DNA from: Bacteroidales bacterium
GTDB lineage: Bacteria > Bacteroidota > Bacteroidia > Bacteroidales > UBA3663
NCBI GenBank assembly: GCA_045628525.1
Contig: JAZQPJ010000056.1
Coordinates: forward strand, 615 to 64,614
Length of the DNA stretch: 64,000 nucleotides
Direction of reading: 5' to 3'
Under the pieces are notes generated by a model. That model ran no database searches. It saw only the letters and a list, made by a program, of their open reading frames with translations, and was not told the origin of the DNA. Positions 50,021 to 61,600 of the stretch are shown here, one piece after another; position 1 is the stretch's first letter, and every line of letters starts with the position of its first letter. Both the position numbers and the translations under genes were made by a program.

Positions 50021-51295
50021 TCACTTCAGTCCGATGTACCCCACGCCGAACGACTTGCGCTTGACCAGAGCCTTGATGCGGAACCAGGCATCGACCAGCG
50101 GGAGGTAGAGGTCCATGAACAGCGGCCAGGCGATGAACCGACGCAGTCGGAGCGATTTGGCGAAGGCCGACTCGGCCCAGACCATCAGGATGGCGCGTAT
50201 CAGCAGCAGGGCAAGCGCCACCCCGAAGAGCACCCAGCCTGCTGATTGCAGAGACGGGACATCGGCTGAAGATTCGAGCTGCAGCATGCCCGGCTGCAAG
50301 GCCAGCACGAGGCCCAGGGCAGCCAAAGCCAGGCCGGGCAGCACGGTGAGGTAACGCGTCACATCGTCGATGACCTTGACGCAGACTGGTGCCATGGCAT
50401 ATAGGCGCGACGTGAAGCCGCGGTTCAGGCGCTCCATGCTCCAGCCCAGAAAAAGGGGTGAGGTCTGATCGGTGAGCAGACTGTCTGCACGGCACTCGAT
50501 AGCCACGTTCGAGCCACGCGCCACGTCCGACACGAAGAGGTCGTCCTCGCCCGGCTGGATGTGCAGGTGGCGCTGGTAGCCCTGACTGCGGTTGGCATAG
50601 AAGGTCGATTTGCGGAACGCCATGTTCTGCGCCCAGCCTGCAAACGGACGCACAGCCAGCGAGAGGCCGAACATGCCCGTCAGGCGATGAAAGAGGTCGT
50701 ACTGTGCGAAGCGCGAGAGGAAGCTGGCACGGCGTTCGTAGGCCACGGGGCCGAGCACCACCTCCACGCCGGGATTCTGGAAGTGCTGCACCATGTTGGC
50801 CAGCCACTTGTCCGACGTAGGCAGACACTGCGCCTGCGTCATCACAACCAGCTCATAGTGAGCCGCCTTGGTGCCGAGCAGCACGGCCAGCTTGCGGTGG
50901 CTCATGGTGCGCACACGCTCGTCGATGCGGCTGTGGAACAGGTGCTCGAAACGCTGGTCCATCATCGTCAGGACATCCTGCGTCTCGTCGCGCGACGTAT
51001 CGTCGATCACAATGACCTCATAGGCAGGATAGTCCTGCGACAGGAGCACGGGCAGATTGCGCACCAGAGCCTCGCCCTGATTGTGGGCATACACCAGGAT
51101 GCTGACGCCCGGCTGCGGACCGGCAGGCTGTCCCAGTTGGGCAGCAGCCTCCTTCTGTTGACGACGGAGATGACGCAACGGGCGGCTCCACACCACCAAC
51201 TGCAATACGATTTGCACCAGCCACGCCACCACAAAGACGACGGCCAGTGCCACAAACCACCATGGACTATCGGATAGTATATTCATAATGTTCAT
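50021..51295 (-). CDS. Family 2 glycosyltransferase, membrane-bound
   Basis: PGVSILV, QDYPAYEVIVIDD and GEDDLFV motifs; N- and C-terminal transmembrane segments. Confidence 0.88.
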   Translation of the reverse strand: MNIMNILSDSPWWFVALAVVFVVAWLVQIVLQLVVWSRPLRHLRRQQKEAAAQLGQPAGPQPGVSILVYAHNQGEALVRNLPVLLSQDYPAYEVIVIDDTSRDETQDVLTMMDQRFEHLFHSRIDERVRTMSHRKLAVLLGTKAAHYELVVMTQAQCLPTSDKWLANMVQHFQNPGVEVVLGPVAYERRASFLSRFAQYDLFHRLTGMFGLSLAVRPFAGWAQNMAFRKSTFYANRSQGYQRHLHIQPGEDDLFVSDVARGSNVAIECRADSLLTDQTSPLFLGWSMERLNRGFTSRLYAMAPVCVKVIDDVTRYLTVLPGLALAALGLVLALQPGMLQLESSADVPSLQSAGWVLFGVALALLLIRAILMVWAESAFAKSLRLRRFIAWPLFMDLYLPLVDAWFRIKALVKRKSFGVGYIGLK

Positions 51296-51624
51296 TTTTC
51301 GGGTGCAAAGTTAATGTTTTTTTACAAAAATTCCAAATTTTTTGAGCACTTTTTTCAGTGTTTCTGCAGAAGATGGCAAGCAAAGGAGCTTTACTCACAC
51401 ACACGCGCAATTGAATATAACATGCACGCCCGCCCACCTCACGCCTCCGCCTGCCCAGGCACCTGTCCAGGCACCTGCCCAGGCACCTGCTCAGGGACGC
51501 GCACTCTTTCTTAGCAGAAAGAGAAATTAAAAAAAGAGAAAGAGAAAGAGAGAGAGAATTTGGGTGGAGGTAAAGATGCGTGTATGCGCGCATGCGTAAA
51601 GGAGTTCGGGAAGGCGGAAACCGG

Positions 51625-51848
51625 TATCCGAGACATCGAAAAGTCTGTCACGGGTTCGGGACAAGCTTTTCGAGATGTCGAAATGGTTGCCACAGGTTCG
51701 GGACGAACTTTTCGAGATGTCGAAACGGTTGCCACAGGTGCGGGACGAACTTTTCGAGATGTCGAAACGGTTGCCACAGGTTCGGGACAAACTTTTCGAG
51801 ATGTCGAAACGGCCGACGCAGGCTCAGACCAGACTTTCGAGATGTCGA
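51625..51848. repeat. Intergenic array of six 41-42 bp units with palindromic core TTTCGAGATGTCGAAA
   Basis: CGAGA core starts at 51629, 51671, 51713, 51755, 51797 and 51838. Confidence 0.95.
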
Positions 51849-52038
51849 GCCACACACTTCGTGTACGTGCCCGAGGAGCGTTACATCTTCGACGGAAAAG
51901 CTGCAAAAAAGTCATGATTAACGACAACTCTGACACGAAAACGCCCGAATTACGGCCAAAACTTCAAAAGTTGGAGCAAAAATTTGGCAATGTCAGAAGA
52001 AATCATTATATTTGCGCCAAATATCCTCATACGACAAC

Positions 52039-54399
52039 ATGAATCGCATAGCAAAATATCTCGTCATCACGCTGTGGACCCTCCTGGTGCTGGGTGCGCT
52101 GGGCGCCTGGTTTATCTTCTCGCAGATCAATCGCGGCAACATCGGCTACATGCCGCCCATCGACGAGCTGGAGAATCCGCAGAGCAAATATGCCACCATC
52201 ATCTATTCGGCCGACTCGGTGGAGCTGGGTCGTTTCAGCCAGGCCAAGGAGAACCGCGTGTTCACCAACTTCAACGAGCTATCGCCCAATCTGATCAATG
52301 CCCTGATCTCGACCGAGGACGCACGATTCCGCGACCACTCGGGCATCGACATGAAGGCGCTGTTCCGTGCCATGTTCAAGACCGTGCTGATGCGCCAGAA
52401 GCAGGCCGGTGGCGGTTCGACCATCACGCAGCAGCTGGCCAAGCAGCTCTACACCGAAGACCCCGCATCGGGCCTGATGGAACGCGCCATGCAGAAACCC
52501 ATCGAATGGGTGATTGCCGTCAACCTGGAGCGACTCTACACCAAGGACGAGATCATCAACATGTATCTCAACAAGTTCGACTTCTGCTACAACGCCGTGG
52601 GCATCCAAAGCGCCTCACGCATCTACTTCGACAAGCAGCCATCAGAGCTGAACGTGGAGCAGGCCGCCATGCTGGTGGGCATGCTGCAGAACCCCTCGAT
52701 GTACAACCCCATCCGTCGCCCGGAGAAGACGCAGGCACGCCGCGCTGTGGTGCTGGGCCAGATGGTGAAGGCCGGACACCTGACGCAGGCCGAAGCCGAC
52801 TCGCTCAGCGCACTGCCCCTGCTGCCACAGACCGATGCCGAGGGCCGCTACAAGCTGGCACACTCGGCCGACCACAAGTCGGGTCTGGCGCCCTATCTGC
52901 GTGAATATCTGCGCAAGATCATGCGAGCCAAAAAGCCCGAGCGTCGCAACTACGCCTCATGGCAGGACCAGCAGTACCACGACGACTCGCTAGCCTGGGA
53001 GAGCAACCCGCTGTACGGCTGGTGTGCCAAGAACCGCAAGCCCAATGGCGAGAACTACAACCTCACCACTGACGGTCTGCGCATCTACACCACCATCGAC
53101 TCACGCATGCAACGCTATGCCGAGGAGGCCGTGACCGAGCACCTGAGCGAGACGCTGCAGCCCGAGTTCTTCAAGGAGAAGCAGAACCAGGCCAATGCAC
53201 CCTACAGCCGCAAGCTCTCGGCCGACGAGGTGAACGCCTCGCTGACCCGCGCCATGCGCCAGAGCGACCGCTACCTCACCATGAAGGCAGGCGGAAAGAG
53301 CGCAGAGGAGATCGAAAAGGCCTTCCACACGGCCGTGGATATGAAAGTATTCTCATGGCAGGGCGAGATTGACACCATCATGACCCCATGGGACTCGCTG
53401 CGCTGGCAGAAGCAGTTCCTGCGTGCCGGATTCATGTGCATGGACACGCTGGGCCACGTCAAGGCCTACGTAGGCGGTCCAGACTTCAACTACTTCCAGT
53501 ACGACATGGTGACCGCCGGCCGCCGACAGGTGGGTTCGACCATCAAGCCATTCCTCTACACCCTGGCCATGCAGGAGGGCCGCACCCCTTGCGACCTGGA
53601 GCTGAACACACAGCCTGTGCTCTACGACGCCGTGGGCCGTCCCTGGACGCCACGCGACGCCGGCAAGGAGCGCATCGGCGAGATGGTGACGCTGCACTGG
53701 GGCCTGATGAAGTCGAACAACTGGATTTCGGCCCGCGTCATGAGCCGCATGACGCCTGAGAGCTTTGTAGAGTTCCTGCACAGCGCAGGCATCACCAACA
53801 AGCTGGATCCGGTGCTGTCGCTCTGCCTGGGTGTATGCGACATTTCGGTGGCCGAGATGGTGACCGGCTACTCGGCCTTCCCCGGACGCGGCATGCGCTC
53901 GACCCCGATCTACGTCACCTCCATCCAGGACAACTCGGGCGTAGAGATCGCCGAATTCTCGACACAGCGACATGAGGTATTCTCATACGAGGCCTACCTG
54001 AAGATGCTGCCCATCCTGCGCGACGTAGTGGACCATGGCACGGGTGGCCGCATCCGTTCGCGCTACAAGATCACCGCACCGATGGGCGGCAAGACCGGTA
54101 CGACCAACGACAACTCCGACGGCTGGTTCATGGCCTTCACGCCATCGCTCGTGGCCGGCACCTGGGTAGGTGGCGAGGAGCGCAGCATCTGCTTCGACCG
54201 CATGGCCATGGGCCAGGGTGCCTCAATGGCGCTGCCTATCTTTGCCCGCTTCATCCAGAAGGTATATGACGACAACCGCCTGCCATACAGCCAGAACGAG
54301 CAGTTCCAGTACCTGCAGGGCTACGATCCATGCGCCACGTCAGGAACGTTCGAACAGGAGGATCTGTCCCCATCGGGCGAGGGCGGCATTTTCGACTAA
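52039..54399 (+). CDS. mrcA: Class A penicillin-binding protein (PBP1a)
   Basis: Transglycosylase motifs TEDARF and GGSTITQQLAK; transpeptidase motifs STIK, SNN and KTGT. Confidence 0.93.
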   Translation: MNRIAKYLVITLWTLLVLGALGAWFIFSQINRGNIGYMPPIDELENPQSKYATIIYSADSVELGRFSQAKENRVFTNFNELSPNLINALISTEDARFRDHSGIDMKALFRAMFKTVLMRQKQAGGGSTITQQLAKQLYTEDPASGLMERAMQKPIEWVIAVNLERLYTKDEIINMYLNKFDFCYNAVGIQSASRIYFDKQPSELNVEQAAMLVGMLQNPSMYNPIRRPEKTQARRAVVLGQMVKAGHLTQAEADSLSALPLLPQTDAEGRYKLAHSADHKSGLAPYLREYLRKIMRAKKPERRNYASWQDQQYHDDSLAWESNPLYGWCAKNRKPNGENYNLTTDGLRIYTTIDSRMQRYAEEAVTEHLSETLQPEFFKEKQNQANAPYSRKLSADEVNASLTRAMRQSDRYLTMKAGGKSAEEIEKAFHTAVDMKVFSWQGEIDTIMTPWDSLRWQKQFLRAGFMCMDTLGHVKAYVGGPDFNYFQYDMVTAGRRQVGSTIKPFLYTLAMQEGRTPCDLELNTQPVLYDAVGRPWTPRDAGKERIGEMVTLHWGLMKSNNWISARVMSRMTPESFVEFLHSAGITNKLDPVLSLCLGVCDISVAEMVTGYSAFPGRGMRSTPIYVTSIQDNSGVEIAEFSTQRHEVFSYEAYLKMLPILRDVVDHGTGGRIRSRYKITAPMGGKTGTTNDNSDGWFMAFTPSLVAGTWVGGEERSICFDRMAMGQGASMALPIFARFIQKVYDDNRLPYSQNEQFQYLQGYDPCATSGTFEQEDLSPSGEGGIFD

Positions 54400-54493
54400 A
54401 CGCTTACTTACAACCGTTCACTAACGGCCTTGACAAACGTCGTCAATCAAGATTATCACTTATTAAATATTATTAATTCAACATTTACTGCTT

Positions 54494-55168
54494 ATGAAAA
54501 AGTATCTTGCAGAAATGGTCGGCACCTTCGTGCTCACCCTTCTCGGTTGCGGCGCTGCCGTCAGCCTGAACTGCGGCGTTGACACCGCCTCTGTAGTTGG
54601 CACTTCTGTTGCATTTGGCCTGGCCGTTGTAGCCATGGCTTACGCCATCGGCGGTATCTCAGGCTGTCACATCAACCCAGCCATCACCCTGGGCTGCCTC
54701 CTCACCAAGCGCATCTCGGGCAAGGACGCAGGCATGTACATGGTATTCCAGGTGATCGGGGCCATCCTCGCTTCCTGCGTGCTCTACGCACTCGTTTCTA
54801 CCTCACCTGAACTCGCACTGGGCACCACCACTGGCGCCAACGCTTGCTCTGGCACTGTAATGAATGGACTGCTGGCCGAGATCGTTCTCACCATGATCTT
54901 CGTGCTCGTAGTGCTCGGCACCACCGATGCCAAGAAGGGCGCTGGCAACCTCGCCGGACTCGCCATCGGCCTTTCTCTGATTCTGATTCACCTCGTAGGC
55001 ATCCACTACACTGGCACCTCAGTGAACCCAGCTCGCTCTATCGGCCCAGCCCTCTTTGAGGGTGGCAAGGCTCTCGAGCAGCTCTGGGTGTTCATCGTCG
55101 GTCCATTCGTAGGCGCAGCTCTGGCAGCCTGCATCTGGGGCGTAATCGGTGGCGAGGAGAAGAAGTAA
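54494..55168 (+). CDS. aqpZ: Aquaporin (MIP family)
   Basis: Two NPA motifs (HINPA, SVNPARS). Confidence 0.92.
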   Translation: MKKYLAEMVGTFVLTLLGCGAAVSLNCGVDTASVVGTSVAFGLAVVAMAYAIGGISGCHINPAITLGCLLTKRISGKDAGMYMVFQVIGAILASCVLYALVSTSPELALGTTTGANACSGTVMNGLLAEIVLTMIFVLVVLGTTDAKKGAGNLAGLAIGLSLILIHLVGIHYTGTSVNPARSIGPALFEGGKALEQLWVFIVGPFVGAALAACIWGVIGGEEKK

Positions 55169-55344
55169 TATAAAATCGCAACCGACACCATGGGTGGGAA
55201 TATCCTGCAAAAAACGAGGATTTTCCCACCCAATTTTGCACTATCAGGGGAACAAACAGCAGAGAAATGTAAAAAAGTATTAAAAAACTGACAATTTTCC
55301 ACCAAAAATTTGGTCAGGCGAAAAAAACCCCCTATCTTTGCAGC

Positions 55345-55426
55345 GTGAGTAATTCCACAAAACTTCATAAAAATGAGAGAAAGGACTGACGATCGTCGTG
55401 AGATGAGCGTCAGTTTTTATTTTTTT
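55345..55426 (+). ncRNA. Candidate ~80-nt small RNA
   Basis: Own promoter (TTTG 55309-55312, TATCTTTG 55332-55339) and terminator ACTGACG...CGTCAGT plus T-run; no complete ORF inside. Confidence 0.6.
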
Positions 55427-55663
55427 CGATCCGCAAGACCGATGACGGGACAAGAAGGGAGATTCACACCAGTTTCCGACGAGTTATTGCATCAAAATTG
55501 ACTGAGAAAGTAGGCAAAAAAGGGCACAAACGAATAAAATTAGGGGGAAAGTGCATTTTTTAAGGCTCGAAAGATACAACTTTGCAAAAAAAACAGTATA
55601 TTTGCTCCGTATTTATCTATAGATAAACGCAACTGGTTTCGAAACACAAAAAGACACGATTAT

Positions 55664-58600
55664 ATGCGAAAGAACAGACTGACCCGCGTATTCTTTTCGG
55701 CATTGGTAGCCTTAGGCATGCTGATGCCAGCATCCCCTCTCACCCAGCAGGCCCTTGCCGAGGCCGACGTGTGGGACGGCACCTTGCGTCGTCCAATCCT
55801 TGGCAGCGGCACCCAGCAGGATCCTTACCTGATCACCACTGCTGAAGAGTTTGCCTTCCTGATGCAGAACTACGACAATGCTTCAGGCATCTGCCTGCGC
55901 AAGTACTACAAGCTCACTGTCGATATCGACATGGCCAACAACATCTACTGCTATGGCGCCACCACCACAGCCAGTCGCACCTTCATTGCACAGCTCGACG
56001 GCGACGGACACAAGGTGAGCAACCTGCAGCTGATCGTATTCGACAATACCAGCGAAGTACATGCAGGCCTGATTCCTCAGCTGGGCGGTGATGCAGAGTT
56101 CCGCTCGGGTGTCCGCAATCTGCAGATCGACGGTGTCAACATCACATATCACGATAATAGCGCCATCTCGCAAGGCGGCATCCACCAGTTTGCCATCTCA
56201 CCACTGGTGGGTCAGATGTACAGCAACGCCTTTGTCGAGAACTGTATCGTGAGCAATGCTGTGCTCGACAGCTCGTTCGACAAGGTGCTTGCCGACAAGC
56301 AGGCATCGGTGCGCGTGGCTCCTATTGCCGGCGAGTACAAGGCCGCCTTTGGCAAGAAAGGCGCAGGCAGCAAGGTGCCTGAGGCCAGCATGATCCATTC
56401 GTTCGGCCACATCAAGTCAAACGCCACCCAGGGCAAAGGCACCCTCAGCTTCACCGCCACACAGGGCAAGGCCGCTGAGGGCAAATACAACGACTTCACA
56501 TGGCATAAGCTGGGTGACAACGTCTATTCTTTCGTGTCGAATAGCGTGCAGGTGATCCCAGTGGAGACGGCCACGGGCAATCGCAAATACCGTGCCCAGG
56601 TCAGCAAGGCCGGCAACTTTTCTTACCGTTGGCACTTCAATGGCAACGTCTTGCCCGACAAGGGAGCCGAGTGCCAGATTCCATTCGTAACCAACTACAG
56701 CACCCTCGGCGTGGACGTATTGGACGCCAAGGGCAATATCGTGACCAGCGGCGGCATCATGACCGTGGCTCCTACCTTGCAGATGCATGCGGTGTCAGTC
56801 ACTTCGGTGGCCGGCGGCAAGTCATACAACATCAAGGCCGAAGTCGTTGGCCCAGGCATCAGCCAGATGACCTCGGAGCTGAACTATGAATGGCTGGACC
56901 TCACCGACGGCGAGAAGGTGGTGGGCAAAAGCATCAACCTGGTGGGCGCACACGCCGGACACACCTATCTGGCACTGGCACGCAGCAACCGCAACCCACA
57001 GATGGCTGTCAGCACCCTCTGCACACTGGGCCGCGTGGTCTATGTCTGCCATAATGGCATCACATCGCCTGACGACATTGCCAAGTACACCTTCGACGGC
57101 AAGACCGCCTATCCGGCCGGTGACGACAGCAACGACGGCAGTGCTCCTGACAAGGCCGTGCGCACCCTGCAGCGTGCCATGGAGCTGATCATGCCCGAGA
57201 GCCAGGGCGGCACAATGGCCGACAACGTCATCGTCATCATGGGCGACTACAGCGAGAACGCCATGGCCCAGTATCTGGACCGCGACTGCCTCACCCCTAA
57301 CCCGACGGCCCTGCAGGTGTTCTACCCATCGATCATCTGCGGCAGCTACGGCAACATCCGCAATGGCGAGCTGATGGCTTCGGGCGAAATCATGATCGGT
57401 GCCGACGTGCGACTGGAGAACATCAACTTCCACGGCGATCCAGCAGACAACGGCAATAGCGTCGCTTCGGTCTATGCACAGAACCACAACGTCACCTTCG
57501 GCTACGGACTGACCATGAAGGGCTATGCCATGATGGATCTGGCCCACGGTCTGCCATACGGTGCACACAGCCCAATGATCTCCATCTATGGCGGATTCCT
57601 CAATCCCGACATGGAGGAGTTCGACTACAAGGAGAATACCATCCGTCTGCTGTCGGGCTACTACGGCCGACTCGTGGCAGGCAGCCGCTTCTCGAAGAAC
57701 TGCTACACTTCAGGCAACATGGCGGGTTCGGCACGCAAGCCTATGCGACCGCACCTCATTGCCGACATCTCCAACCAGGACAACTTCCAGGCGCATCCAT
57801 TCGACATCGGCATGATTGTAGGCGGACAGGCCGATGGTTCGTGCTGGACGGTATCGACCATGGACGTCAAGGGCCGCAGCCGCGTAGGCCGCATCATCGG
57901 TGGCAACATCGGTCTGGGTCGAAAGGCTTACGTCAAGGACCGCAAGGGCACGCTCTCGCCACGTCCTTCTGACAGCTTCTATGGCAAGAGCAGCATCAAC
58001 ATCGAGTCGGGCATCGTGCATGAGATCTATGGCGGCAGCCTGGGCCGTACTATGCACAATATACGTACCGGCATCGAGATGGTGGATTCATGTTCCACCT
58101 ACTTCTATGGAATCTCTGAGATCAACATCTCGGGCGGCAGCATTCGCAACACCATCTACGGTGCAGGTGCTGGTGGTGTGACAGGTGTCATCGGCGATAT
58201 GGAGGATGGCCAGTATCATTCCTTCGATCCACTGCTTCCCTATTCTACAGCCAACGGCAAGATCGCATACGGCAACTACGAGAAGGCACAGTACAAGATG
58301 CCTCGCATCATCGACACCGACGGCTCGCTCATCTACATCACCCGCTCAAAGGTGGTGATCAACATCAGCGACCGTGCCCACCTCTATGGCTCTGTCTATG
58401 GCGGAGGTCTGGGCTTCAGCGAGTCGATTCAGACGCGTGAGGCCACCAGCCAGAGCGGCAACGTGTTTGGCGACATCAGCATCAACATGGATGGCGGCAT
58501 CGTGGATGGCTACATCTTCGGCGGCGGCCGTGGCAGCCTCAACTACTACGACAACTACGACCTGACCGGCTATCCGACCGTGAATGGCAAGGCGCAGGAC

Positions 58601-61600
58601 AAGTCATACTTCAACGCCATGGCTCAGGTCTATGGCAACACCAACATCCGAATCAGCGGCGGTGAGGTCAAGGGCATGATCTACGGCGGCGGCGAGGGCT
58701 GCTACTATCGCGCCACCAGCGACAAGGACGCCACCAACCACGTGAGCAACATGGCCAACGTCTATGGCACCACCAACGTGACCATCGAGGGCAATGCCCA
58801 GATTGATGACTTCGTATTCGGTGCCGGCAACTATGGCAACATCTGCAAGATCGAGGGCGTCGAGGAATCGGGCAACACCTACGTCAACATCCTGGGCGGC
58901 AAGATCGGCAACTCCATCTTCGGTGCAGGCCACGGCCATTTCGAGACAGAGAGCCCCGAGAAGTCGGTACTTGCCTACGTCGAGGGCGATGCCCATGTGC
59001 TGATCAAGGGCGGCGAGTTCTTCTTCCTGCCTACCGGTTCGCGCTATGCAGCCAAGCGTTACTATGGCATCTTCGGTTCGGGCCGCAGCGCCAGCATCGT
59101 GAAGGGCGACACATACGTGGAGGCTCACCGCAGCCTCTTCAGCCAGGCGATGATCGACAGCATCGGATTCCACCACTGGAACACCGACAAGTCGTGGGAT
59201 CAGCGCTTCGCCCTTTGTGGCGGCGGCAGCGGCGAGATCGCTGACGTGATGGGCGACACCCACGTGCTCATCGACGTGGACGACCTGGAGGGTCGCAATG
59301 GCCTCCCGGCCGTGCACATCGCCCCTGACATGGTCGAGAAGCAGATTACGGTTCCTTACATTGCCTTCACCGACATCTTCGGCGGCGGTCTAAAGGGCAA
59401 CGTCTATGGCTCGACCAACGTCACGGTGAAGGGCAATCCACTCATCCGCAACCTCTATGGCGGCGCATTGCAGGGCGACTGCGGTCTGCGCGACAAGCAC
59501 CTCAATGGCTCGAGCATCTTCAGCCACAGCAACGATGAACGCGCCTACACCACACGCGCCACCACCAACATCCTCTCAGGCCGAATCCTGCGTCTGTATG
59601 GCGGTTCGCTGATGGGCGACGTGATGGGCGAGACTGAGGTCAACATCGGATCTCTGACCGACACCATCGGCAACAGCAGCATTTTCATCAACCGTGTCAC
59701 TGCAGGCAACGATGCAACAGGTGCCATTGCAGGCGGCAACAACGAGCGCTATGGCACGCACCTCAACATCTATGGCGGCACCATCCTGAGCGACGTATAT
59801 GGAGCAGGTGATGGTGAGGACCTCAACAGCGAGCACATGCTGCCATCGCCTCACAGCAAGAATCCTGACGCTCCGGTGATGCGTGCCCGTCCTCATGTGG
59901 CCAGCACGATGATCAACGTGCAGGGCGCCAGCGCCACCAGTCGTGTCAACATCCTGGGCACACTCTTCTGCGGCGGCAACAACACCACCGTGGGCCTGTT
60001 CGAGGCCGACACCTACGACAATGCCGAATGGGGCATGTTGCGCGAGGTGCTCGTACCTAACTCCGGTCGTGTGCACCTCAACATCGGCAGCCATGTCAAC
60101 ATGGGCAGCCTCGTCATGGGCTGCAATGGCCGACAGTTCCTCACCAAGAGCAACATTCCATATTCGACGACCGACGGCAAGGAGTGGTATCGCGGCTTCC
60201 TGAGCAACGATGACTTCGAGCACTTCTGCCGTGCCATCGACATGTCGTGCGTGCCTACGCTTACCTTCAACGCCGACGGCAAGTTCCACAACGACTACCC
60301 GATCGACGACCGCATGGGCGACAAGATCGAGTTCAACACCCCGGGCGAGATGGATGCACGTGACATCCTGATCGGCGACTTCGTGGGCGGCGGCTACCGT
60401 GGCTCCATGACCAGCGATTCCTGCTACATCTACACTTTGCCTCTGGGCGTCACCATCAGCAACCAGATCGTGGGCGGTGCTCTGAATGCACATTTCGATT
60501 ACACCGAGAAGCAAGGTCCGAACAAGGGCGAAAAGCGTACCAAGCTGGGCGGAATCGCACCTTATCATGACGACTTCATCATGACCGACCGTCTGCAGCT
60601 CAACCTCTTCAACCGCTTTGCCGACATGGAGGCTGTCATCGACAAGAATGGCAATCCATCGCACAAGGGTGCCAAGGTCTTCACCGGCTGTCTGGACTAC
60701 GGCATCATCATGGGCTACGCTTCGCTCAACTACCACTCGGACATCATCGGCAACTATCAGCTCAAGGAGGGCGAGTCATGGCGCAACATCTCGCGTGAAT
60801 GGAACTCTGAGACCGGCTACATCTACGGTGCCGGCAAGGGAGAGAACACCGAGATCCTGGGCAACACCTACATCAACATCCGTGGCTGCGTGCTCAATGG
60901 AGAGAAGTGTCTGCCTAACTGTCTGAACGTGTTCGGCGGTGGTCTGGCAGGTCGCGTCATCGGCCGTACCAACGTGGGCGTTGACATCCAGTGCAAGGGT
61001 TCGTCGTCAGTCGAAGCTGCCCAGCACGCCGTATGGGGCAACGTCTATGGCGGTGGCCGCATGGGCGATGTGTGCGAGCACAGTACGCTGATGCCTCAGT
61101 TCCATGCACTGAGCGGTGTGTCAACCCACGTCCGCGTACACAGCGGTCGCGTGGGTGACGTCTTCGGCGGCGCCCGCATGGCCAACATCGAGGGTGGCAC
61201 ATGGGTCGAGATCGAGGATCACTCTACCGACCACTTCCATGCCATCATCGACCGCGTCTTTGGCGGTTCAGACCTCTCGGGCAGCATCGGTCTCTCCAAG
61301 CACACCCAGAAGACCCGTGGCTCAGAGTTCACCTCGAACACATACGTATATATTAATGAGGCTCCACATGAGGACGGCACCTTCACCGGCTTCCCACTCA
61401 TCGGCGAGGTCTATGCTGGTGGCAACGGCGACTACGGCGTGCCTGGCAGCAATGGTCACTATGGTGGCGGTCAGGTGCTGACCCGTCATGGCGACATGAT
61501 GGACCTCACAGGCATGCGTTATCCTGACGTGGACAGCACCTATCTCGAGATCAACGGCGGCACCATCCTGAGTGCCTTCGGCGGCGCCAACAGCAGTAAT

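Noticed and set aside
51511-52042. ORFs spanning the 42-bp arrays (also 4855-5229 and 37190-37420)
   Set aside because: They are open in several frames on both strands because 42 is divisible by 3 and the unit lacks stops; nothing else supports coding.
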